Shown one piece after another: positions 38,601 to 47,699 of a stretch of DNA of 64,000 nucleotides. Every line of letters begins with the position of its first letter. Within the stretch, counting starts at the first letter, position 1. Source of the stretch: Adineta vaga (taxonomy: Eukaryota > Animalia > Rotifera); assembly GCA_021613535.1 (NCBI GenBank), contig CP075493.1:15624001-15688000 (forward strand). Reading direction: 5' to 3'. Both the position numbers and the translations under genes were made by a program. The notes beneath the pieces are model-generated. The model saw only the letters and a program-made list of their open reading frames with translations. It was not told the DNA's origin and made no database searches.

Positions 38601-40136
38601 AATCAATAATAAAAAAAGAAGGAAGAACCAATTTACGTCTAACTTTGATGATGTTATTTGCCAAATTTCCAAAAAAATAACTAATACTAGGAACTGTATG
38701 ATCTGTAAGAATTGCGTGTGCAAGTGCAATATTATCATTTGCATCAGGTCCATCTTTAAAAACCATAGTATACATGTATGCATCGTTTTGTTGTTGTAGT
38801 TTTTTTAAAATTCCACCGGTAGCATCTATATGAACAAAAGAATACTTTTGTTGTTTACAGTAGGTTATGTATCGTTCGATTTGTAATTGTGAAAATAGAT
38901 GTGTACGAAATGGTATTTCGCCGACTACTTGAACATATCCTGCGAAAAGAATGAAAAACAAAATTTATGACATGATCGTTTAATATACAATTGACTTACC
39001 TGGAACTTTGTCGGATGTTACATCTGCTTGAAGATATGAAAAGGCGATAACTCGACATTCAGTATAGACATTTTCGTCGTATTTCATTTTCTTTCGATAA
39101 TCAGCTGATGTTTTTTTTACTACTTCTATTGTATTAACTTCTGCAAAATTACCACCAGCAAGTAATTTTTCGTCGGCGGCTTCAACACGTTCACGAAATA
39201 CTGCTAAAGGTCCAATATTATTTGCTCGCTCACCTAGATTAGCATTTCATAAAAGATATAATTTATAAAAGAAAAATCCTTACCAACACGTAAGCGTTCT
39301 TCTCCACGTAGTTGCCCTGTCATTATTTCAGTTTCAGGTGTATGATTTTCTATGCCTGATATTTCCATAGAAAATAGTGCTGTTGTATAAACATCTGGTT
39401 TATTTTCCAGAGCAATTAAATATGATCTGGTACATACACTACTAGTGCATACAGCACGACACCAGAATTTTTTACTTACTTTTTTCCTTTGTCCTTTAGG
39501 TATCTGTGGTTTTCCAAATCTTACTTCACATACAGCTCCATGTAACATTATCTTTTCATTAAATATTTTAATCCAACCATCATTCATTTTTTTCTGTGAG
39601 TCGCTATAGGCAGCTTTCCATTCAACTGGACTTAAAGCAAATGTTACCTTCTGGATTGGTGGATTTTCTTCACGGTTTTCGTCCTTTTCTTGTGCTTCAT
39701 TAGCACGTGTATTTGGTCGATCAGGTATAGGTACTGATAGGTTAGAGACTAATTTTGATTTTTTCAAATTTGGTATTGATTCTTCTGTTTCATTCATACC
39801 ATCATTATCTTCATTCTTCTTATGTTTAATTATTTTTATCTTCTTTTCGACAAGTGCATGAACCTCATAACGATCTAAGTACCACACATTGTATAAAGAG
39901 TGACGTAACTTTTCTGTATGCTTAATGTTTAATTTTGCGATAACTTGAGCCCATAAAGAGGATTGAATATCATAATCAGTATTTATTCGCCATGACTCTT
40001 TTTCAAGTTGATTGACACGATCTCCAAGAGATGCAATAGCAGCGACTAATTGTTCAACAGTGATTAACGACCAGATATTTTTCGTTGTTACCTTAGAAGT
40101 GGTCGTATTTTCTGTTGTTTTCTTGGAAGTAGTCAT
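35677..40136 (-). CDS. MULE/NOF-like DDE transposase fused to a USP-like cysteine protease (~1327 aa, 10 exons)
   Basis: Exons 40136-39284, 39233-39000, 38939-37526, 37478-37398, 37351-36978, 36928-36800, 36738-36369, 36315-36151, 36095-35919, 35863-35677 sum to 3984 nt in frame. Motifs HIDATG, IIDFS, HLCCCH, SNATIESYF; acidic linker; LTNTCATDS and EHFTA...LYDD. Confidence 0.83.
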
Positions 40137-41000
40137 ATTTTCGTAGCAATGAATACAAGAACAATGAAATAGAAATACTTTTGTTGATGTAAATTCAATT
40201 TCAAATGATATGTATCGTGTTAATGAAATTTGTTCCAAATACAAACGAATATTTATACGGTGTTTATCTACCCAACCAGACGAACTTAAATCAATCAGTA
40301 AAAAGAATGCATTATCATCAAGGAGTTCTTGATGATTAAACAAAATACACTTCAAAAATTCTCCTCCTATGCCTTATCAATTTATCAACATCAACCGTAA
40401 AATGTATCCCTTTGATGCACAGCGACAGACATCAACGTTTCTTAAGACAAAAAAAATGAACACTATCAGATGGACACTTATCATACACATTGTATCTGTT
40501 CTACTATTGTTGAAACAGATTCGGTTATTGAAGAGTTAGATATCTACTCGAGAAATAAAAGAAAAAACCGAAAGATATATTGAAATCAACTACAGACACT
40601 CACAACAAACGAGTACTTAAAACAACCATTAATCGATAAAATTAACTCGAAAAGTGCTTAATAACAAGTATCATATTTTTAAAGTCATATTTCTCTGAAT
40701 TATGTTATTTCAATCAATGCGACATACTCGTCAATAAAGCATTATATTTAATAAAAACGAGACGTATACAATTTCAACTAATCAAATTTTCTATTCCATT
40801 CATCCCTATAATCAATAAACGAATATAAGTGCACATAATTTCTACATAGTCATCCAAAACTAGTAAATATAATTTTTTGATCAAAAAATTAAATAGTTAT
40901 AGTCATTTCTATTATCTGTTTTTTATTTCTTATATAATATCATATATGAAACTCTTAAATCTTCTGATATAACATCTTTTTTCCTAAGTTTTTCATTTTG

Positions 41001-42162
41001 AATAACAACAATTTTTATGTAAATTTTTCTTCATTTATAATTATTCTATATTTAACGATTCTTAAAATTATTTCTTTAAATTAAATTAAATTTTATCAAA
41101 ATATACGTATTCTTTATTTTATTTCTTTAAAATTTCTTTTCTTTTTTTTATTCCTAAAAATCATATTTTACGATTATTAAAATTATTTTACCAAAATAAA
41201 TTTTTTTCATTTAATTTTCATCAATAAAATTGTCTTTCGTATTCAAAATCTATCAAAAATTTATTCTAATATTTTTTCTTAATACAATTCATAATTCTCC
41301 ATCAAACAACAGTTTGACATTGACATTGTTCCAATTTATTTCATTTTATTCGCGCAAATGACTCGACCAATAGATTTTGTTTATTGAACTAGTCATCTTT
41401 TTATGTTCATTAAACTGATAGAGAGCGCTATCTACACATTTCTTAGAATAAATATTTTTCTACTGGTAAAATATTTCAACCAGTCAAAGAAATTTCTTTT
41501 GTGTCGTTAAAATAGAAAAAAATTCAATTCATTTAAAAACAACAAATAAATTTTTTTATATTCGATAAATATGCCATCTGACATATTTTCATAGCTTATT
41601 GGTTAAAATAAATCAACCAATCATAATGTTTTTCTATGTTGCTATACTGTCAATATAGTAATTAATCTATTTTTTGGCAATAAAATGATCAAAATTCACG
41701 AACGAGGTGTGAGATCGATAGAGCTCATCGAGTTACATCTGGAACCAATGTCATAGTTCTTGGAATAGGTCTCAAGGCGAATCCGCAAAGGCTTTTGTAG
41801 GATTTTAAGCAAATTTTAGCGGTTTTTAGGGTTTTTGAGTATTAAGGAAGTGATCTATGGGAAATCTGATGATTGGAATCGATAGAGCTCATCGAGTTAC
41901 ATATGGAACCATTGTCAGAATTCTTGGAATGGGTCTCAGGGCGAATCGTCCACGGGTTTACTCTGAACTCGACGTTTTTTTGTTGTTTTTTCGCAGTTTT
42001 TTGGGTTTTTGAGGGGTTAAGAAAGTGAGTTTTTGAAATATTTTTTTTGGAATCGATAGAGCTCATCAAGTTCTACTTGGAACCAGTGAGATCTCAGTTG
42101 GAACGCATAACACAACGAATAAATCCTAGAAAAAGTCGAATCCGTCGCTAAGATATCCTACG
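41001..42162 (-). repeat. Right TIR (1162 bp)
   Basis: Reverse complement of the left TIR minus 666 bp (four repeat units). Confidence 0.93.
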
Positions 42163-42440
42163 TAACAAAAGACTGACTAGAGAAAAAGAAAAACAATAAT
42201 ATAAATACAGATCAGAGATGATCTGAGAAAAAAAAAAATAGAAAAGAGAAGAAAACAAAGAAGAAATACAATCACAGAAATCATCATGAGAACGGACATG
42301 ATAATCAACGAAAACTAAAAGACGACAGGAAAGAAAGAGAAAGAAGATATACATATATATGTGTATATATATGTATAGAAAAGAAAGAAAACAACTATGT
42401 AGAAGGTAGCGTCATGAAGTAATATCCAATGACGCTAACA
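42163..42440 (-). repeat. TSD plus proximal part of the 3' LTR
   Basis: Matches 50154-50428 apart from a 3-nt indel in an A-run. Confidence 0.95.
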
Positions 42441-42452
42441 CCTTCCCTCTCC
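42441..42452 (-). promoter_or_regulatory. Polypurine tract
   Basis: Minus-strand GGAGAGGGAAGG directly abutting the 3' LTR. Confidence 0.85.
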
Positions 42453-42653
42453 GCGAGATTGATTGAACGCACGTTTGCCCCCCTAAACAAGGAAGCCAAC
42501 TAAACAAGTCAATCTAGAAAACAGAGAAATGAAACATCGATAACAGAGAAGGATAAGCGAAACAGAAAGGAAAAGTATAACAAAACTTTTCCAGAGATGA
42601 AAAAGAAACAACTAAACGAATAGGAAAAACAAAACGTGTAGAAACAGAAAGAG

Positions 42654-43874
42654 TCAATGACCTTGACATTGCCAATGATGATAATGAGCAACATCAAAAA
42701 TATCTGTAGACAAGGTTCGTTCAGCATGTTCTTGTCGAAGCCGGTTATGAAATCGAATGGATATTTGTTGATGACGAAAGTGAGGAATGTTGGCATAGAT
42801 GATCTGTTGATAGTCCAGGTAATTTTTCACATCTGATAATCGCCAAAGTGAATCGATACTTCGTACAACAACAAAGGATTGTTGACGTAAACGAAGTTTA
42901 AGATGACGTTTGCGATTACGAGTAGCAATCGCTGTACGAGAACGTGTATGTGTACGTGCACGTGAATGAGAGACGGTTTCGGGATTGAAGGAAGAATTAG
43001 TTTGAAAACCCGAAGAAAAACGAACTGTAGGAACAGAAGAAGCGAAATAGGTCATGATCGATGACCAAATCGTCGAACAATGACTTGGATGAAGATGAAG
43101 ACCATCATGAGTTAAATGGGTAGGTGTAATAAAAAGATCAAGAAGGAGAAAGTTTTTCCTGAAAGCTAGATCACGTAAACGAGAATTATAATGATGAAGA
43201 TTCGAGTGCAGTGAGGAAAGCGATGGGAAAGAGCGAGAAGTTTTATAACACGGAAATGTGTATGTAATACCAATGGCTGCAGGATGATCGAGATGAGCAT
43301 AGGTGTTACGTAAATAGTCAATTAATGATGCGATTTGATCTATGATGACAGAAGCTCTGGTGTTTCTAATCGAATTAGATCCGATAATGAATAATATTCG
43401 AGAGAAATTCGCTACATCTGATGAGAAAGAAGAAGAAGATGTGAGAAGAGAAAAAGTGCACAAAGACGAGTTGTACGAATGTGACCAGGATAATCCAGAA
43501 ATGGATTTAGTTGTGATGGAATATTCAGGTGTTTCGAATAGAGGAGGAAAGGCGCGACCATGGCTGTCAGTTAATAACAAGAACGCAGAGCGTAATGTGG
43601 TAGGTGTAGATAAGGATTGATGATGATGATGAGGACTATTGATGGAAAGTCGGTGAATAGGAATGTCGGATGAGTGATAGTAATGATTGGAAAGACGACG
43701 GTTGTCCACCACCGAAAGTGGAGGAAACACTGATGAATGATGAGAGTCTGCGGATGAGAGAGAGAGATGAGAGAATCGATTAATCATAGGCGACGATAAA
43801 GAATGATGCTGTAAATAAGATGAAGGTGGTGTGGTGGAAGATTTGGAATAGCACGACGGTTGATGATATGACAT
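42654..43874 (-). CDS. Retrotransposon ORF3, SGNH/GDSL hydrolase
   Basis: Block I LLLTDSHGR, block III IIGSNS, block V DGLHL; Ser/His-rich N-terminus; likely ATG at 43874. Confidence 0.8.
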   Translation of the reverse strand: MSYHQPSCYSKSSTTPPSSYLQHHSLSSPMINRFSHLSLSSADSHHSSVFPPLSVVDNRRLSNHYYHSSDIPIHRLSINSPHHHHQSLSTPTTLRSAFLLLTDSHGRAFPPLFETPEYSITTKSISGLSWSHSYNSSLCTFSLLTSSSSFSSDVANFSRILFIIGSNSIRNTRASVIIDQIASLIDYLRNTYAHLDHPAAIGITYTFPCYKTSRSFPSLSSLHSNLHHYNSRLRDLAFRKNFLLLDLFITPTHLTHDGLHLHPSHCSTIWSSIMTYFASSVPTVRFSSGFQTNSSFNPETVSHSRARTHTRSRTAIATRNRKRHLKLRLRQQSFVVVRSIDSLWRLSDVKNYLDYQQIIYANIPHFRHQQISIRFHNRLRQEHAERTLSTDIFDVAHYHHWQCQGH

Positions 43875-44105
43875 AGTTGAAATGGTACGAATGGGAAAAA
43901 GTGATGAATCACCAAAAAAAAGTAAATCTAAATGAAAGAAAAAAGAAAGGTTGGCTGAATCAATTCCGTAAAGAATGCACGGAAGAGTCATTAGTCTCTG
44001 TAATAACAGATGGACAAGATGGCCACTGAATATAATGCAGAGAACAGAGAATATTAGCAAACGAGAAAAAAAAAAAACGAAGTTTAGTGATAGTTAACTA
44101 GAATA

Positions 44106-47100
44106 TCATTCGACTAGTAGTGGTCGGATATCATTAACATGTACACGAGAAATTATGTCAGTTTCGATATCTTGTACTACGTATGTCGGATGATTCACAG
44201 CGGTAATCCGTTTCGGAATGGATGAAAATCTAGGATCTAGTTTCCCTCGGGTTCCATGAATTCGGGTCAGAACTAAGTCGTCAAGGGAATAATGAGGATC
44301 ACTACGATTTCGATCATAGACTTGCTTACTATAATGCTGTTGCATGAGAACATTATAGTGAGTGGCTTGGTGAAAAATACGTAACGTTTTTTGCAACTGC
44401 TGAAAATAGTCGTTCGGCCGTGAGAAAGAAAAACTCTTAGGACGAATGTTAATAGGTAGACGAGCAGCGCGACCGTATAATAGTTCAAAAGGGGAATATT
44501 TAGTCGTTTTGTGAACACCTGTATTATAGGCGAAAACAACTGTTTGTAAATACTCATCCCAATTGTTATCCTGATCATTCTGTAGTTTTGCTATTTGAGG
44601 AATAAAGGTGGCATTGAAGCGTTCGACAATGCCGTTGGTTTGTGGGTGATAAGGAGTACTAAAGATATGATTATAACCTATAAGATATTGAATATTCTCC
44701 ATCAGTTGGTTTCGAAAATGTGATCCTTGATCACTAAGAAGAACTGTGGGTATTCCATATTTACAGAAATAATCATTAAATAGCGCTTGTGCAGTTGTTT
44801 CTGCGGTACAATTAGGTAATGCTATTGCGGTAATATGACGAGTGAAATAATCAGTTATAACAAGCACATACTGATTTTCACGTGGTGTCTGTTTTAATGG
44901 ACCACAATAGTCAATACCGATCATTAGAAAAGGTCCCTCAGGTGGATTAAGGGAATGTAAATGACCAGGTTTCTTAAGACGACTAATATTGTGCTGTTTA
45001 CATAACCTACAAGACCTTATGTATCGTCTAATAGCAGACTTCATAGACGGCCACCAATAAAGGTTTTTAATCTTTTGATAGGTACGTTCAAACGAGAAAT
45101 GTGCTCCTATCATAGGATCATCGTGACACGCCTGAATTAAGAATTGCTCCATAGACAAAGGTAAATATATAACTGCTATTTTACGTTTAGAATGTCGTGA
45201 AGGTTTAATTATCTTATATAGAAGATCATCCTTTAAGACAAAATCTAGATTCGGTACCCGATTAGAAAGTTGATGTAAAACAGTCTGTATAGCAGGATCA
45301 TTCCTTTGTTCTGTTTGTAACTGACTTAGATCAAAATAATTAGTGGAAAAGTGTTTAGGAGATACTGTCGAGGACACAATTTGATTTGGATTACTCTCGT
45401 TTATATCATCACTATGCATTGTCTGTGCATCAGTAGACGATTTATTCTTTTTAGTGTGTGATCGAAGTGTCATTGTAGCAACGAGACCTTTTTTACTAGC
45501 TAAGCCATATTCGATCTCGAAGAGTTCATCGTGTGGATCAGGAGAATAACGAGAAAGGAAATCAGGAAGACAGTTCTCGCTGCCTTTGATATGAATTACT
45601 TGGTCGATATTATATTCTTGAAGAAGATGAGTAATACGTTCGACACGTGTGTTATGTACTGATTTTTCCATGAGATGACACAGAGGACAATGATCAGTAC
45701 GTAAAATGATGTTGCGGCCTAACAAAAATGTACGCATTCGCGCAAAACATTTATATATTGCAAGTGCTTCTTTTTCGATGGTGCTATATTTGCGCTCACA
45801 TGTAGACATCAATTGAGAATGGTAATACAAATTATGTACCTCACCATTTATTTCCTGTTGTAGCACGCCGCCTATACCAATATTACTAGCATCGGTTGTC
45901 AACATTATAGGAATGTCATCAACCGGAAAATGAAGAAAAAGTGGCGTACTAACGAGCATCTTTTTCAGAGCTGTGAATGCCTGCGATTGTGCGTATTTCC
46001 ATTGAAATTTATGACGAGTAGCTTTAGTAAGATTAGTTACTGCGTGTATAGGAGCGGCTACTGTAGCAAAATCAGGAATAAACTTCCTATACCAGCTCAA
46101 AGAACCGATAAATTTATTAGCCTGCGCAAGAGTTTTAGGCTCCTTAAGTGCCAGAATAGTGTCGATTCGTTCTTGTAAAGGTTTCAGACCATATTGGCTA
46201 ACCGTATGTCCTAAGTAATCAATTTCCTGAACAGCAAAAACACATTTAGGAGGATTAAGAACTAAATTCTTAGCTTGTAAAGCAGTGAGAACTCTTTCTA
46301 AATGTTCTAAATGGTCTGCAAAAGACTTAGAAAAGATGATGATATCATCAAGATATACAGAAGAAAAGGAACGACATGATTTCAATGTATCGGTCATGAC
46401 TTTTTGAAAGGTAGGAGGAGAGTTCCTTAGACCCATAGGTAGAACATTATACTGGAATAATCCAAAAGACGTAACAAATGCGGTTTTTGCTTTATCCTCT
46501 TCACGTATTGGGATTTGATAAAACCCTGATTTTAAGTCCAATTTAGAAAAATAACGATAACCTGTACCTAACCTACGAAGGGTGTCTTCCATGTTGGGTA
46601 GAGGTGAGGAATCCTTAATGGTAACTAAATTCAGTTTTTTGTAATCGACCACAAATCGATGAGTTCCATCTTTCTTTTTAACAAGCATAGCAGGTGCAGC
46701 ATATGGAGAATGAGATTCAGAGATCAGACCTGCCTGTAAAAATTCCTGCATTAAATCATACATGATTTGATCTTTATCGGGTTGTGGGTAAGGTTTACAA
46801 GCGGGTGGAGAGTGCGGAACTGTATTTATTACGTGATGAATAGATGTGTGAGCAATAGTATGTGTACGAACATCAAAAGATGACGAAAAATGAATGAGTA
46901 ATTGATATAATTGATGGCGATCTGATGGATTATCGATCGATTGAACTAACTGATCGATAGAATTTATGACCGACTGTGGTAGTGTATGAACTGTATTACA
47001 CATGAAAGATTGAGTAGAAGAAGGAAATGAGTATTGACCAGAAACAAATGATCGGATCGAATCGTGAGAATCAGAACCATTTGATACATCTGTCGGAGAA

Positions 47101-47699
47101 TAAAATGGATCTATGTATGTATCAGGAATGCTAATACTATTGAAGGATACTGAAGTAGATGGAAAGATGACTGGAAAGAAACAAGAAGTGTCGGCATGAT
47201 TGATATAGCCGAGGCGGTTATTATTTCTCACGGTGTGTTCCGTGTCGATACGTATAGTAGCTATTTGACTATCATATTCAATAGATATAGTTTGATGTCT
47301 TACATTAAAACTAAGATTATACTGATTGATATAATCCATTCCTAAAATCATACTGGTACATAGATGATCAGCTATCTGAGCGGTTACTGTAGTCATCAGA
47401 TGAGCAAATTGAAGAGTCAGAAAAACCGTGCCTAATACATGAAAAGGTGCGATTCCGTCAGCTAAAACGAAAGAAGAATGGGTACTGTCAATCATCTGAT
47501 AATGGGGAAGTTGTTCTAATAGATTTTTATTAATGAAAGTTGTAGTTGCTCCGGTATCAAGTAGAATTGGTGTAGAAAGTTGATTGACATATGTAGTAAA
47601 ATAGATTAGGGAAGATTTTGATGGGTTTGAAAAATCATTTCCGGAGACAACACCATCTATCGATGTCTCCGGATCTAGAAACTTGAACAGGCCGAAGCC
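44106..47699 (-). CDS. pol: Pol polyprotein (PR-RT-RNase H-IN)
   Basis: Frame open from 47699, including the protease LLDTGA (~47550); RT YLDD; RH TDAS; IN HHCC and D,D35E. Confidence 0.95.
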   Translation of the reverse strand, partial: GFGLFKFLDPETSIDGVVSGNDFSNPSKSSLIYFTTYVNQLSTPILLDTGATTTFINKNLLEQLPHYQMIDSTHSSFVLADGIAPFHVLGTVFLTLQFAHLMTTVTAQIADHLCTSMILGMDYINQYNLSFNVRHQTISIEYDSQIATIRIDTEHTVRNNNRLGYINHADTSCFFPVIFPSTSVSFNSISIPDTYIDPFYSPTDVSNGSDSHDSIRSFVSGQYSFPSSTQSFMCNTVHTLPQSVINSIDQLVQSIDNPSDRHQLYQLLIHFSSSFDVRTHTIAHTSIHHVINTVPHSPPACKPYPQPDKDQIMYDLMQEFLQAGLISESHSPYAAPAMLVKKKDGTHRFVVDYKKLNLVTIKDSSPLPNMEDTLRRLGTGYRYFSKLDLKSGFYQIPIREEDKAKTAFVTSFGLFQYNVLPMGLRNSPPTFQKVMTDTLKSCRSFSSVYLDDIIIFSKSFADHLEHLERVLTALQAKNLVLNPPKCVFAVQEIDYLGHTVSQYGLKPLQERIDTILALKEPKTLAQANKFIGSLSWYRKFIPDFATVAAPIHAVTNLTKATRHKFQWKYAQSQAFTALKKMLVSTPLFLHFPVDDIPIMLTTDASNIGIGGVLQQEINGEVHNLYYHSQLMSTCERKYSTIEKEALAIYKCFARMRTFLLGRNIILRTDHCPLCHLMEKSVHNTRVERITHLLQEYNIDQVIHIKGSENCLPDFLSRYSPDPHDELFEIEYGLASKKGLVATMTLRSHTKKNKSSTDAQTMHSDDINESNPNQIVSSTVSPKHFSTNYFDLSQLQTEQRNDPAIQTVLHQLSNRVPNLDFVLKDDLLYKIIKPSRHSKRKIAVIYLPLSMEQFLIQACHDDPMIGAHFSFERTYQKIKNLYWWPSMKSAIRRYIRSCRLCKQHNISRLKKPGHLHSLNPPEGPFLMIGIDYCGPLKQTPRENQYVLVITDYFTRHITAIALPNCTAETTAQALFNDYFCKYGIPTVLLSDQGSHFRNQLMENIQYLIGYNHIFSTPYHPQTNGIVERFNATFIPQIAKLQNDQDNNWDEYLQTVVFAYNTGVHKTTKYSPFELLYGRAARLPINIRPKSFSFSRPNDYFQQLQKTLRIFHQATHYNVLMQQHYSKQVYDRNRSDPHYSLDDLVLTRIHGTRGKLDPRFSSIPKRITAVNHPTYVVQDIETDIISRVHVNDIRPLLVE
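47640..47684 (-). promoter_or_regulatory. Putative -1 ribosomal frameshift signal
   Basis: gag and pol overlap in the -1 frame; A AGT TTC TAG is followed by a 10-bp perfect stem TCCGGAGACA/TGTCTCCGGA. Confidence 0.65.

Larger units (their letters stand above)
29379..42162 (-). mobile_element. Foldback/Mutator-like DNA transposon, 12.8 kb
   Basis: Termini CGTAGGATATCTTAGCGACGG at both ends; TSD TAACAAAAGA (29369-29378, 42163-42172; alternatively 8-bp AACAAAAG); DDE transposase inside. Confidence 0.93.

Noticed and set aside
29379-42162. Polinton/Maverick identity
   Set aside because: No pPolB, rve integrase, ATPase or capsid ORF; the TSD is 8-10 bp rather than 6 bp.
42148-42354. Hydrophobic ORF, also at 50025-50342
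   Set aside because: T-rich LTR sequence present in both LTRs; no coding evidence.
47657-47677. Stop-codon read-through between gag and pol
   Set aside because: A second in-frame TAG follows and pol is in the -1 frame.
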